Assembly: GCA_964016885.1 (NCBI GenBank)
Contig: OZ024749.1
Location: 29,946,001-30,010,000 of the forward strand
Direction: 5' to 3'
Source of the DNA: Eledone cirrhosa
Lineage: Eukaryota
Length of the DNA: 64,000 bases
The notes under the pieces were generated by a model, which did no database searches, was not told where the DNA came from, and was given only the letters and a program-made list of their open reading frames with translations. Every line of letters starts with the position of its first letter. Position 1 is the first letter of the stretch. The translations under genes and the position numbers were made by a program. Below, in pieces: positions 42,629 through 60,370 of the stretch.

Positions 42629-43062
42629 GTAAGTAAATATAAAAAGTAATTTATTTATTCTTTTACCTACAAAATGTGGATGTAGAATGTTTAAGGAGTT
42701 AACTTTGTAATCATTATGTTTCCCGTTTGATCTTACTATGTGGTATCATGGATCGATGTCTTTTATTATAGCCTAGGGTCAACTAATGCTACGTGAGTGA
42801 AACCTGGTAGACAGAAACTGTTTAGAAGCCCGTCGGATCGGATGGACTTTTCCTGTAAGTCATAGGTTTCGTTTTGTGAGAGGACTTTTAGAGAAATATA
42901 TCTTCCCCACATCATCTCTCAATTCCATGGAAATCAATTTGCTCTTAACATCTGGTAGAGACGTAGAGGCGCCCGTGTAATGTACGGCTTATCTCTGTCA
43001 TTTTATCTGCCGGAAGCCCATACATTCTCCACGCATGATGTCTGAATATAGCTGATTTCTTC

Positions 43063-43143
<81 letters not shown>

Positions 43144-44444
43144 AAATAGAAAGAAAGTGAGCAAGAGAGAGAGCGAGCGAGAGAGGGAGAACATTAGAGA
43201 GAAAGTAAGCGAGAGAGATAGAAAGAAAAATAATGAGGAAGATATTTGGAGGACAAATCGACACCTGTACTGGAATAAATAGTAGTTTATTTATCGACAT
43301 CGAAATGATTAAAGGCGAAGTTAACCTGGGCGCGAATTGAACTCAGAGTGCAGAAAGTTGGAACAAATTCCGTGAAACAATTCATCCCAGGTTCTAACGA
43401 CTCCGTTTTCCTGGACGTGTTTGTTTAACTCGTTTACTTGGCAGCTGATATAATCTTCAGAGCCACACACAAAATAGCAGAACCACATTTTGAAAATATG
43501 GTTTGTTGATGTATTTAAGAAAAGAAAAAAGTATGTTACATTCTTTGCGTGTCTTCAACTTTAATTTTCCATAACACTTTCTATGGTATAACAATTTATG
43601 ATAAGACGATCTCTAGATTCTCTCTCTCTCTCTCTCTCTCTCTGTCTGTCTCTTTCTCTCTGATCTCTATAACAAACGGAATTAATTAAATAAACTCAAC
43701 AAAAAGTGTTCAGAGAAGCGCAATAGTTAATTTCTGCGGGCTAAGTATTATTGTGGAACAGGTAGACGAACAGGAAATTTGGTGTGAAAATCTTGCTTTA
43801 ATAACATCATTTACAAGACTGCTTTCCTTTGTCCTGCTAACATAAAAACAAACATGATGATAAAAAACAAAACAAAACAGTGTTGGAATAAAAGAGAAGT
43901 TTCTTGTAGAAAATAATTTCGGTGTATTGAACAACATATAATGACTTTTGTAGACAAACACAATTAGAAATAAATAGCTGACATCACTTTTATTGATGCA
44001 CAAGCTGAGGAGAGAAATCTCACATCTAACTTTAATTATTTGTTGAAACAAACAGCAAAGAGTCTGTCGTCAGTCATTTGTTGAAATACAATGTCCGCCA
44101 TTAAAAAAGATTTAGCAACTATCTAAATATTTAACATAGCAAAACACTAACAACAACACAACACTACACACATATTATCTCATACATTCACAGAGCAAGA
44201 CCATTCATGGACAATACCGTTTGATAGATTCATGAAATTTGTATGATTTTTATGGTTTACAAAACAAATGTGAATTGTTTAATCATTTGGGTTTTCTTTC
44301 AAGATTCTACAAATCATAAATAAACAGAGTACTGTAGTAGAACCAAGTGTAGTTTCAGGCGGTTTGGTATGAAAAGTGTTAAATAAATGTAGCTATTTCC
44401 AGTTGACAATATAGTGAAAATGGTTGCCATAATTTTAACATGAC

Positions 44445-44664
44445 TTAACCATTTAGCATTTAAACCGGCCATATCCAGCCAGAATTCTCTCACTTCAAAC
44501 CAGCTGCAACTGGCCGCTCATACAGATGTTAAGGTATTGCTCTCAAAATAAATGACATCAAATTCTTATAAATTCGATATTATGTGAGATAATTATGTGA
44601 GGTAAGATCTTTTCCGTGAAAATATAATAGTAAATATAGAGTAATGTAAATGCTGAAGGGCTAA
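44445..44664. mobile_element. MITE with piggyBac-like termini
   Basis: TTAA-CCATTTAGCATTTA ... TAAATGCTGAAGGG-CTAA. Confidence 0.6.
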
Positions 44665-44699
44665 CTTAAAAAATATAAGCTTCTGAAGCATCACAATTT

Positions 44700-45465
44700 T
44701 ACCACTGACCCCAGTAGGTTACTGGTGGATCATTTCATTGAACTGGTAAGGATGAAAGGCAAAGCTAACCTCAGCGTGATTTGAAATCAGAACGCAAAAT
44801 GACGCAACTATATGCTGCAAAGCATGTTATCTGACACTCTACCGATACTACTAATCAACCTAGAATTTAATAATGGTTCCTGATTTAGGCACAAAGCCAA
44901 CAATTTTGGGGAGAGGTGAAAGTCGATCAAATCGACTCCAGTGGTGCTTTATCTTATTGATCTCGTAAGGATGAAAGGCAAAACTAACCTTGGAATAATT
45001 TGAACTCAGACCGTAGAAGGACTCAACTCTATGCTACAAAGCATTTTGTCCAACGCTCAACCGATACTGCCAAGAAACCTAGAAATTAATAATATAACTA
45101 ATTTTCTCATTATTAATCTGGAGTAGGAAAGTTGATTGGCAGTATCCGTGGAGCGTCAGATACTCTGCTTCGCAGCTTAGAGTTACAGCCATTTACGTTC
45201 TGAGTTCAAATCCCGCAGAGATTAGCTTTGCCTTTCACCCTTACGAAGTCGATAAAATAAAGCACCAGTTATGCACTGCGATCACTTTAATCGACTTTCC
45301 CCTCCTCCATATATTGCTGACCTTGTGCCTAGATCAGAAACCATTATTAAACTGAGTTCAAATCCTGCCGAGGTTAACTTTGCCTTTCATCCTTACGGGG
45401 TCGATAAAATAAAGTACCAGTAATGTACTGGGTAATTGCTGGCCTTATGCCAAACGTAGAAACAA
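44700..45465. mobile_element. Cluster of four SINE copies (two on -, two on +)
   Basis: ggatgaaaggcaaagctaacc-type cores followed by ctttgcctttca cores. Confidence 0.8.
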
Positions 45466-45587
45466 TCAAATTATGCTGAAAGTTTTTAGTTAAATATAAA
45501 CATTTCGAAATATAACGTTTTTCCAGGCGGTTTGGTATCAAAAGTGCTTAATACCTACAAACTGTAATCCCCTATGTTATATTTCAG

Positions 45588-45711
45588 TGAGAATCAGCAA
45601 CTAACGGAAGTGTCATCCCAGAGAAGTGTGGCCCCTATTGTTCGTAAACCGAACACTATGTATAAAGAACAGAAGAAGACTACAGCAGAAGATGATAACA
45701 CGACAAAACAG
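45588..45711 (+). CDS. GPCR exon (ICL3), absent from the ORF track
   Basis: tttcag|T GAG AAT... reads (S)ENQQLTEVSSQRSVAPIVRKPNTMYKEQKKTTAEDDNTTKQ|gtaaac. Its 124 nt bridge the phase-2 donor at 42628 to the phase-0 acceptor at 48097. Confidence 0.85.
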
Positions 45712-45902
45712 GTAAACAAACAATACAGTAGACACACTATCTAGGTTGATAATGGTTTTACAATGATCAAAGGCCAGATTCTGTTATAATTATCTTTAAT
45801 ATATTATATATTATATTATTTTATATTATATTATAACATAATATATAACATTGCATTGTATGTATGTATGTATGTATGTATGTATGTATGTATGTATGTA
45901 TG

Positions 45903-46302
45903 TTCTTCTGGTTTTATAATTTCACAAAGTTTTAGCAATAGAGAGAGAGAGTCGATTTCTAACAGACACAAGACTCTCATTGGAATTTACTCAACATCAA
46001 CTAGGTAGATATGTATGTATGCATGTGTAGATATGGATGTTATTGTATGTGTGGTTGTGTATGTTTTGAGTTGTATGTGTGCATGTGTATATGCTTTGTA
46101 TCTGTACATGTGTAAATGCAGTTATTAGATGCAAAATTTTTGGAATGTTTTTCATATTTTTACTGTTCCATTAATGGATTGTACTTGTAGTTTCCTAACT
46201 AGTTGTGTTCTTTCTGTTCCTGTGAAGCCTAGCTTCTCAAGATTTGTATTGAGGCAGTTACTAACATATCCCAGTGCCCCAATAACCACAGGCACAAATC
46301 TG
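45903..46302 (-). mobile_element. 3' fragment of a Dong/R4-type LINE with (CATA)n tail
   Basis: Minus strand reads RFVPVVIGALGYVSNCLNTNLEKLGF...LQVQSINGTVKI*KTF, the C-terminal motif typical of restriction-like-endonuclease LINEs; (TATG)n on both sides. Confidence 0.7.
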
Positions 46303-46357
46303 AAGGTGTATGTATTTATGTACGTATGTATGTGTGTATGTGTGCAAGTATGTATGA

Positions 46358-46869
46358 ATTGGCCTGTGCTGGAATTTCATCTGACGTATTGGAGAAAATG
46401 GCTGAGAAGCGTGTGAAGTGGAGACGTTTGATCAAGTGAGGTAGTGAACACTTCGAAACTCGTCGGAGAGAACACCTAACACTGAAAAGGAAGGTGAGGA
46501 ATAGGGACTGTTCTGAACTGCCTGCTGGTGAGCATCATCTGGTTTGCCAGCACTGTGGTCGAATCTGCCCGAGCAAATCTGGTTTGACTAGACACGAACA
46601 AAGTCATATCAGTAGACCTCATGTAGATTATGATCTAAAAAGGTGTAAGGAATGTGGTAAGGAATGTGCTAGCATCGGAGGTCTTAAAAGACACATGAGA
46701 ACACACAGCTAGAATAAAGTACTGGAAAGTCCCTGAGGAGCCTACAGTTACCATATATGTGCCAGAGGGTGCAAGGCTTTGGCTGGTTTAAAGAACCACA
46801 TTCGTGCCTAACATTTTTGAACATTTTCTCGGGCGATGGTAATGCTCGAACACGAGTTTGCAGCCATCA
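46358..46869 (+). mobile_element. 3' fragment of an RTE/BovB-like LINE with tandem C2H2 fingers
   Basis: LEKMAEKRVKWRRLI*GSEHFE...CQHCGRICPSKSGLTRHEQSH...CKECGKECASIGGLKRHMRTH, followed by a (TATG)-type tail. Confidence 0.7.
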
Positions 46870-46950
46870 CGTATGTATGCATACATGAATGTATAAATGA
46901 ACCTATGTATATATGTGTATATGTAACTATGTATGTATGTATACATATAT

Positions 46951-46999
<49 letters not shown>

Positions 47000-47408
47000 A
47001 ATATATATGTGTATGTTTGTATATCTATGTAGGTGCATATGTGTTTACGTTTCCATTCAAGCTTGTGGTTATGTTATGTAACTTAAGATTTCGAAACCAA
47101 AAAGGGATTGATAGGATAAGTAACAGACCTGAAGAAACATAAGCACAGAGGTATGTACAAATGAGGAAATCCTTTTACTGGAACCAGTAAAGGAATATAC
47201 ATTATCAGACAAGTCTAAGACAATAAAAATGGTATTGGTAATGGAATAAGTTTCACACATAGACATATCTTAATATACTAAATCACTAATAGCAGATATA
47301 GCAATAATTATTGGTAAATTCTCTTCCGTTTATGATACTGATTAAAACTTTGCAACTCGTTGACTAGAACACTCTCACACAACCACATATATATATATAT
47401 GAATGCTT

Positions 47409-47518
<110 letters not shown>

Positions 47519-47753
47519 ACGATGGTTGCTGGACACTACGGCTTAATACGGGCTGTTTGTTTACAAACACACCGAGCATTATAATAAATGTTCGGTGAAT
47601 CCATACGTACATATATATATATGTGTGCATGTATGTATATATATATACATACTACTGTACGTCTGTATACATATATGTATGTACGTGTACATACTTATAT
47701 TTAAGTAACAGCCGTATTAAGAGTGGGAAATGAAATTTCGTTTCATTTTTACC

Positions 47754-47809
<56 letters not shown>

Positions 47810-48096
47810 GAGGTTTGTTTTAAAAGAAAAAAAAACGAGATGTCCTACACGAGTGAAAGTATAAGGAAAAGAAATCGAAAATGCAACTGGAGTCTTTTTA
47901 AGAATATTTATTTGTTTCCTTTACCGGTTTCACAGTTCTTATGCTTTTCAAAAGTAGAATTGAGATGGAGGGTTTGTGGTTTTTCTCACATCTGATTGGT
48001 GTTCGAACGTTACTTCTGTTTTAACATGTATTTTATGTGGAAGAAAAGTTAAAAACTATGCAATTTGTTTTCATGTCATTTCCTTTCTGTTTGCAG

Positions 48097-48636
48097 GTTG
48101 TCCAAATGTTGATTACGGTTGTGCTACTTTTTGCGATTTGCTGGGGTCCCATTTTGATCCAAAATGTTCTGACTGCCTTCGATGTCATTAGTCAATTACA
48201 TATTGGTTGGCTGAAACCTATGAGACAAGCATTTTTCATAATGTCCTATCTGAACAGTTGCGTTAATCCTGTTGTATATGCGTTCATGTCGAAAAACTTC
48301 CGGGAAATGTTTAAACTGGCAATTTGCTCCTGTGTACGAGGAAGTAAATACATCCGCCATTATAAATATAACCGCGCCGTCTCCTTCGACACACGGACCA
48401 GTGCTTTTAGTCAAACTAGAAGTGTTACTATGGATATAAAAACGGACGACGATGTAGAATTTAACGAGAATCGTTTGAATGTTGTAAACAGGGGTTACAA
48501 TTCCTCACCGAGAGGAAGCCGAGATGAAATGATGGAACTGCGACAAGGAATGTTACCAAGTCCTGTCCAACCACCAAAGTTCCAAGATCGAAACAGTAAC
48601 GGTGACACTAAACATTCAGAGACATGTCAATTGTGA
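48097..48636 (+). CDS. GPCR terminal exon (TM6, TM7, C-tail)
   Basis: ttgcag|VVQMLITVVLLFAICWGP...SYLNSCVNPVVYAFMSKNFR: CWxP, NPxxY and helix 8 motifs, ending in TGA at 48636. Confidence 0.95.
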   Translation, partial: VVQMLITVVLLFAICWGPILIQNVLTAFDVISQLHIGWLKPMRQAFFIMSYLNSCVNPVVYAFMSKNFREMFKLAICSCVRGSKYIRHYKYNRAVSFDTRTSAFSQTRSVTMDIKTDDDVEFNENRLNVVNRGYNSSPRGSRDEMMELRQGMLPSPVQPPKFQDRNSNGDTKHSETCQL

Positions 48637-49603
48637 ACCAATACCGATCAGTGATCAATTCTCTGTTTCAATACCATATGGAATATGAATACAACCATTA
48701 CTTCATTGTCTCAACACAATATATTTTGTTGTATTCATTCATAACAACGTTTCGACAATTCTGCATCATTTATCCTCCGTTTAAACGCCCCAGGAACAGG
48801 TAATCGATCTTATTATCAATTACCAAATGATCCTGCATTGTGCTTGAACTCACAAAATTGTAGTATTGTATTACTAAGTTGTGAGTTCAATACAACCACG
48901 TGATTGGTGTATCTATTTGATTGTGTCTTAGATATATTTTAACAGACAAGACACAGGAATTTTACCAATTGAAGCACTGTATGAAAAGTGAAACTCTCTC
49001 GAAAGAAAAAAAAAGAGAAAAATTATCAAGAAAAACGAAATAAGATGTTTATATTATAACAAAAATAATCAAAACAAACACTTGTGTCCTCATCGGTAAA
49101 TATTGAAAATATTGAAATATTGCAAAGTCTTCAGAAATCTGAGGAAGCATAAATATTTTTAAAGCAACATCTAAGAAGAATAACGTTTTTCAAGAAATGC
49201 CAACCAATACAATTGATGAGGAGCTAAAAAATGTTTGAGAAAGAAAGTCACTAAATCAGTTATCAATTAAGTTAAATTTTACGTGGGACGGACGAAACTT
49301 TTCAAAGCAAGAGGAAGGAAAAGGCAAGTCGATGTAAAGGTGAAAAGGATAAGCAAAGAGAATGAAATATGTACATATATATGACGAATGATAAAATAAA
49401 AACAAAATGGCGACGAAGGTATACAATCATACTTGAACAATGGCAGCAAAACAATAAAAAGAACAAGAAGCAAATCGAAACACAATTGCAATTGATATTG
49501 ACACAATGTTATTTGAATTTTATAACTTTTAACATATTTTGTTAGTGGACTACATGTATATATACATATATGAATATATATATATAAATATATATACATA
49601 TGT

Positions 49604-49693
<90 letters not shown>

Positions 49694-49842
49694 GTACATA
49701 CACACACATACATATATATACACTGACAGACAGACAGGCACACACACACACACAATACCCCGCATATGTGTATACAATTATAGATGTATATTACGTAACT
49801 TGTTACATATTTTTGTTAGCGGAGCACAGGAGTATATGCATT

Positions 49843-49893
<51 letters not shown>

Positions 49894-50204
49894 CGAAAAA
49901 GAAGAAGGAAACCAGTGTTCTATAGGAAAGAGAGCAGAAATATATTATTTATTTATGTTTATGCGCGGAACAAACAAATGCATGACTCAAGGTTTCAAGG
50001 ACCAAATAATGCCCGTATTAGCGCCTGAAGAGGGTTCACTATTTTGATGTCTCTTGTTTTCTGGAGGTATGGTCAAATTTGGAATTTTAAACTTGGGTAG
50101 CGACTTTGTTATGTGTATGAACTGAACATAAATAAATAATATAGACATACTTGCATATATATATATATGATAATAATGGAGCTGCGGCGCTGCAAATGGG
50201 TTAC

Positions 50205-52825
<2,621 letters not shown>

Positions 52826-53011
52826 TAATAAAAGGAATTCCAACTTTGTCTGATTTACTCGTTTTATTTACAATCCTTTAAAATGTATAATGGTATTAGA
52901 ATGAAATAGTATGGTAGAATATTAAATGTTAAGTGTTAATTGAACAAGTACTTTCATGCCTTCACAATCTTCAGGTTCATATGCTGTGGTGACGGTCAAG
53001 TTTGCAATTTT

Positions 53012-53297
<286 letters not shown>

Positions 53298-53949
53298 GTC
53301 TATATATATATATGCAAGTATGTCTATATTATTTATTTATGTTCAGTTCATACACAGAACAAAGTCGCTACTCAAGGTTTCAAATTCCAAATTTGACCAT
53401 ACCTCAGATAACAAGAGACATCAAAATAGTGAACCCTCTTCAGGCGCCAGTAGGAGCATTACAAACTACAACACTATTATATATTTTATATATATATATA
53501 TCAAATATATAATAGTGTTAGAGTTTGCGTGAAGCATTATTGAATAGGTGTTATAAATTTAAATAATTTTTAAAGCCATACAGAAAATTAAAGGTGCCAA
53601 GGTAACGATAACATTTTACCTTTACAAATTTTATTACTCCAAATATTAATTACTCCAAATGGGTTTAAAAACCCATTATCAAGGGACCATCCCCGTGAAG
53701 GTCTTAAAGGACCGGTCTGAGATGAGAATTAAATTTGCTCAGGTAAACTTATATTGTTATCTTGATAACTTTAATTTTCTAATGCATTGTATAGCTTTTA
53801 AAATTATTTAAATATATATATATATATATTAAATGCAATTTATTCTGGTTTCAAGGAGACTGCAACAGATCTTGTAATACAAGAATAGCTAGTTAATCAT
53901 CTTACTATTGTTTTACTGTCTGATATATACATTTTTATGAGCAGCTTCC

Positions 53950-54002
<53 letters not shown>

Positions 54003-54465
54003 GTGTGCGAGGGTGTACGTATACATATGTATATATATGTGTGTGTGTATATATATATATACATCTACATATTTGTATGTTTATATATATCTATATCTAC
54101 GGATATATTCACATATATATTTATGTATATATATATATGCATATGTGTGTGTGTGTGTGTGTGTGAACTTTAAAATATAGGCATTTGCATATATGGAAAG
54201 TTGAGTGCGGTTTCCTCTTTAGAAAAAATGAAATCTCGATATGTAAATATGGATGAAATTTAAATATTATAAAAATTAATATTCAAAAGAATATTAGTTA
54301 CATTGTCTTTGTACATAACTACAAGTATTCTTCATTAAAGACAATGTATTGTACGAGACACAGATATTAAGAAACTGCCATACACTTTCAGTTAATGGAG
54401 AACAGGTGACTCTAACGACAAAGACTATGGAATTACTTATTTCTGTAAAATTTCTGTTAAACTAA

Positions 54466-54500
<35 letters not shown>

Positions 54501-54980
54501 CATGGAGTGTTTATAGATTATATATAATTGCACATCCATCTCGAGAGTAGTAAGAAGAAGATAGGCACCACAAATGATTTATAGAGGAAACCTTATGATG
54601 ATTATTGAAAAAATAATAATTGAAATCTATGAAACGAAAGCTTGGGAATGTTTCTATTAAATCTAAATAACATGCTGAGCTTTTGATTAATTTGAATACA
54701 AAAGAAAAAGTAATTTTGAAATTGTATGTTTATTTTGTATAAAACCATAGAAAAACAATTTGATATTTAAAAAATTATAAATATATCAAAAACACAAAAG
54801 AGAAATCCAAATCAAAACTAAAATATATATACATATTTTTAATTTTTAAATTTTAAATAAAATTTTCATTCTATTAGTAGATTTTGAAAAGTGGTTTTTA
54901 GAGTAGAAATCCATTTTAAAATCTTTCTGTTTGAAATAGTTTTTACAACATATGCCGTTTCATGTCAAGATATATATATC

Positions 54981-55061
<81 letters not shown>

Positions 55062-55170
55062 TTATGTTTCGCTTTTTCTACCCGCCAAAATGCGATTCTC
55101 GTTGAATTTATATATATATTTATATTTATGTTTATATATATATATATATATACATATTGCATATATATAT

Positions 55171-55309
55171 GAATAAATAAATAAAAAATATATATATATA
55201 TGATATGTGAGTGCACAGATGAAATTCCATGACATAGCAATAATAAATAATATATATATATGTAAATAAAAATATATACAAATACATGTATATATATATG
55301 TATATATGC

Positions 55310-55349
<40 letters not shown>

Positions 55350-55362
55350 GCATATATACATT

Positions 55363-55423
<61 letters not shown>

Positions 55424-55590
55424 GCATATATACATTTATATATATATATATATATAAAAATGCATATATACATGTATTTGTATATATTTATATTTACATA
55501 TATATATATTATTTATTATCGCTAAGTCATGGAATTTCATCTCTGCACTCACAGATCATATATATATATTTATTTATTTATTTATTCATA
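55171..55590. repeat. Inverted repeat around a TA tract
   Basis: gtgagtgcacagatgaaattccatgac pairs with gtcatggaatttcatctctgcactcac. Confidence 0.8.
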
Positions 55591-55597
55591 TATATAT

Positions 55598-55655
<58 letters not shown>

Positions 55656-55992
55656 TACTTACATGTAGTTGGTGTAAAATATATACAGGTTTCCCAAATG
55701 TACCGAAGAAAATAGTCATCTTGCTTTAAGTCATGTGCTGTAAGTTCTTGTCATTAAACATTCACATACATTTGACCATTATAATGTAGTAATACTCCTT
55801 TACATACCTCCCCTTATTTTGGTTGCAACTCTTTGTAAATATGCTGTGTCCCTTTTCCTTTTTATTTTATATATGACCAAAGGAGGTAAAATCATTTTTT
55901 ATCGTAAAACTTTAGAAAATTGTATTTGAAAAATTCATTAATACACATGTAAAAATATATTAAAACAATCATCTCAACAATAGCACGAACAT

Positions 55993-56023
<31 letters not shown>

Positions 56024-56066
56024 GGAGGAAGTTATAGTTCACTTGAAGCATTGTGTAATGAGGTAT

Positions 56067-56395
56067 AAACGTTTGTATATGTATAATAAAGCCAAAACAA
56101 TGCAGGTATGGACATAGAAAAAAGAATGCAATTGCAAAAGATATTGTTGACAATTACTCTTTTACCTTAATATTATTTAAATGTCCTTAATTTTCGAGCC
56201 TGACTTGGCAAGCTGTTTAGAACACTGGCTTAACCGCTTTACTTCCCTCCAAAGAAGAGATATTATCTCGAAAATTAAGGACATTTAAATAAATCAAAGG
56301 TAAAAGACTAATTGTCAACAATATCTTTTGCATTTGCATTCTTTATTCTATGTCCATACCTGCATTGTTTTGGCTTTATTATACATATACAAACG

Positions 56396-56454
<59 letters not shown>

Positions 56455-56472
56455 TATATATATATATATATA

Positions 56473-56530
<58 letters not shown>

Positions 56531-56946
56531 TATATATGTATTTGTTTTATATATGTATTTATTTCTGAAGACGGCGTATATATGTGTTGGTATGTATATT
56601 TAATCTTGATAATTTGTATAATTTTGTATAATTTTGTACATAGATCTGTTGAATATGCATACCAATTCTAACACATATATATCCTAGAAACGATCGTTAA
56701 ATAATGAACTTTTTTTTTTTTTTTTTTTTTTTTTTGTTTAATATAAGGAATTGTTTATTCATTATTTGTTTAATATTTTATCTTGACTCTGTATACCGTT
56801 TATCTTTCACCGAAAGTGATTTTTCATTACATCTCTTCTTTCCATGATATCCGGAATACATTGAGTTCTTCATACGGATTGGACACTACCGTAAACTCTT
56901 GGTAGATTTATCTACATATATTTATATATATATATTTATATATATA

Positions 56947-56997
<51 letters not shown>

Positions 56998-57241
56998 ATA
57001 TATATATATAAACGTTTGTATATGTTTAATAAAGCCAAAACAATGCAGGTATGGACAAAGAATAAAGAATGCAAATGCAAAAGATATTGTTGACAATTAC
57101 TCTTTTACCTTTGATTTATTTAAATGTCCTTAATTTTCGAGATAATATCTCTTCTTTGGAGGGAAGTAAAGCGGTTAAACCAGTGTTCTAAATAGCTTGC
57201 CAAGTCATGCTCGAAAATTAAGGACATTTAAATAATATTAA
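56067..57241. repeat. Fold-back unit 56067-56397 (~130 bp arms) plus an inverted partial copy at 57009-57241
   Basis: aacgtttgtatatgtataataaagccaaaac pairs with gttttggctttattatacatatacaaacgtt. Confidence 0.85.
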
Positions 57242-57287
57242 TATTTGTTTAGCAAGATTCTTTATCTGAAAACGTGTGTTGAAACCG

Positions 57288-57744
57288 ATATTGTTATACT
57301 TTAGGAGGGTCATGTTGCCAATAAAAAACACACGCACCAGTTGCTTTCACTTCAATTTATTATAATAAATTTATAAATTTAGGATTTTATAAAATTCCGG
57401 TTGGTTGGTTGGTTCCACAACCAGATGGTTGTTTATATATTGTCAAAGTTCTTTCGTCACACATTCTGTGACCTCTTCAACAACACACACACAAAAAAAA
57501 GATGGCAAGGACAGAACAAAGGAGAGGCACAAAAAAAACAAAGAAAAGAACCCCCAGTCACTGAAGAGGTCACAGAATGTGTGACGAAAGAACTTTGACA
57601 ATATATAAACAGCCATATGGTTGTGGAACCAACCAACCAACCGGAAATTTATAAATTCCTAAATTTATAAATTTATTATAATAAATTGAAGTGAAACAAC
57701 TGGTGCGTGTGTTTCTTATTGGCAACATGACCCTCCCAAAGTAT

Positions 57745-57751
<7 letters not shown>
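57288..57751. repeat. Fold-back unit (~190 bp arms)
   Basis: 57288-57479 is the reverse complement of 57562-57751. Confidence 0.9.
57557..57599 (+). ncRNA. Type I hammerhead motif
   Basis: GTCA-CTGAAGA-gGTCACAgaatgTGTGAC-GAAA-GAAC-TT-TGAC; variants at ~59040-59082 (-), ~59296-59343 (-) and ~59435-59476 (+). Confidence 0.8.
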
Positions 57752-57802
<51 letters not shown>

Positions 57803-58191
57803 CTGATGGTAGCTATGATGCTTTTATAGGCGATATGCCGGTTGAGCACTCTATGTCCTTCAGAGCAGAGTATGATAGAATAGAATAAGATAAAACAGTG
57901 ATGCATCTGAACTCAATTTATTGTGTTCTGATTTTTCGTTTTCTATTCTCTTCTCTTCTATATATATATATATATAGAATAGAATAGAATATATATATGT
58001 ATGCATGTATATATATGCATGTATAAATATATATATATGTATATAGCAATATATATAGTCATCTTTATCGATATATTTTCATTGATGTACGTATATACTA
58101 TCACACTCACACAAAAATACATACAGATACAGATTCATACATACAAACCCCTATATATATATGCATATATTTATATATACATAAATACATT

Positions 58192-58235
<44 letters not shown>

Positions 58236-58279
58236 CACACACACACATATGTATATATATATATATATATATATTTATT

Positions 58280-58331
<52 letters not shown>

Positions 58332-58638
58332 CATATATACAAATGCAGAGAAAAAACAGCATATAAACATTCCAAATGAATTCTTACAATCAAAATTCAA
58401 ATCTAGCAAAATGAATAAGTCGATATTCACCAATAAACCATCGAAGTTTGATATGTTTGCATGTGTGCATGTTTGTATATATTTGTGTATGTATGTGACT
58501 GTCAGACTGTGTACTAGTGGTACATGTAAATGAGGTGTCATGTTCGGATATAATCATGTATATATTTTGTGGCATTCCGGATTGAAAATCAATTCTAAAA
58601 ATTCTTATTTGCATCCATCCATCCATCGATACATACTT

Positions 58639-58669
<31 letters not shown>

Positions 58670-58689
58670 CATATATATATACTTCGTTA

Positions 58690-58801
58690 TTGTATATATA
58701 CATAAATATATATACATATATATGTGCATATATATATATATACATATATATATGTATATAAATAATGTGTGTGTGTATTTATTTATTTATGTATGTATGT
58801 A

Positions 58802-58853
<52 letters not shown>

Positions 58854-59104
58854 TAGATATTCATATATTGATATATATATATATATTTATTTATTTGTTT
58901 ATTTTTATACATATTGTTATATTTTGGGAGGGTCATGCTGCCAAAAAAAAAAACACACGCACTTGTTGGTTTTCACTTCAATTTATCATAAATTTCCTGT
59001 TCGTTGTTTGGTTCGATAATCGGATGCTTGTTTATATGTTGTCAAAGCTCTTTCGTCACACATTCTGTGACCTCTCAGTGACTGGGTTTATATTTTGTGT
59101 CGAA

Positions 59105-59158
<54 letters not shown>

Positions 59159-59665
59159 TTCGTTATTGAATTTGTTTTGCTAGACTTCTTATCTGAAAAC
59201 CTGTGTTGAAACAGATATTTTTATACCTTGGGAGGGTCATGCTGCCAATAAAATAAAAACGCATCTGTTAGGTTTCACTTCAATTTATTATATATTGTCA
59301 AACAAAATTCTTTCATCACACATTCTGTGACCTCCTCAGTGACTGTGGTTTTATTTTGTGTCCCTCCTTTGTTCTGTTCTACACCATCTCGTTTTGTAGG
59401 AGAAAACAAAGGAGAGACACAAAATAAAAACCCAGTCACTGAGAGGTCACAGAATGTGTGACGAAAGAACTTTGACAACATATAAACAACCATCCGATTA
59501 TCGAACCAAACAACCAACAGGAAATTTATAATAAATTGAAGTGAAAACCAACATGTGCGTGTGTTTTTTTTTGGCAGCATGACCCTCCCAAAATATAACA
59601 ATATATATAAAAATAAACAAATAAATAAATATATATATATATATAAATATATGAATATCTATATG

Positions 59666-59705
<40 letters not shown>

Positions 59706-59821
59706 AATATACATACATAAATAAATAAATACACACAAACATTATTTATATATACATATATATATGTATGTATGTATATATATGCACATATATATGTATA
59801 TATATTTATGTATATATACAA
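58690..59821. repeat. Inverted duplication of the same family, including its flanking microsatellites
   Basis: Arms ~58690-59100 and ~59418-59821 are reverse complements. Confidence 0.8.
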
Positions 59822-59852
59822 ATGTATATATATATAATTTAAATATATAGAT

Positions 59853-59955
<103 letters not shown>

Positions 59956-59970
59956 GATATTCATATATTG

Positions 59971-60023
<53 letters not shown>

Positions 60024-60189
60024 AAGAAAGTGATTGATTTAGGAAGCATCGGAGAAAAGTGAAATGTGGCCGCCATAAACAGGCTGAAGCACCTCTGGCG
60101 ATATTTTCCGTCTCGAGTATAACTTTATTCGGTTTTCTGAATTACAATTTATTATGATCATCTATCATGTTCATATTATTATGTTCAAC

Positions 60190-60370
60190 GGTGGAATGGC
60201 AGTCTCGGTAGAGGGTCTGACGCAATGCTTTGCAGCAACGAGTTACGATCCTTTATGGTCTGAGTTCAAATCCCGCCGAAGGTAACTTTGCCTTACAGGG
60301 TCGATCAAATAAAGTACCAGTAATACACTGGAGTAATTGCTGGCCTTGCACCAAAAGTAGAAACAATTAT
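60190..60370 (+). mobile_element. SINE copy
   Basis: Head and core with a small deletion. Confidence 0.82.

Noticed and set aside
46494-46712. Host C2H2 zinc-finger gene
   Set aside because: It follows an RTE-type C-terminal segment with an in-frame stop and ends in a LINE-like tail inside a GPCR intron.
48037-48096. N-terminal part of the 199 aa ORF
   Set aside because: It is intronic polypyrimidine tract; the exon starts after ttgcag at 48097.
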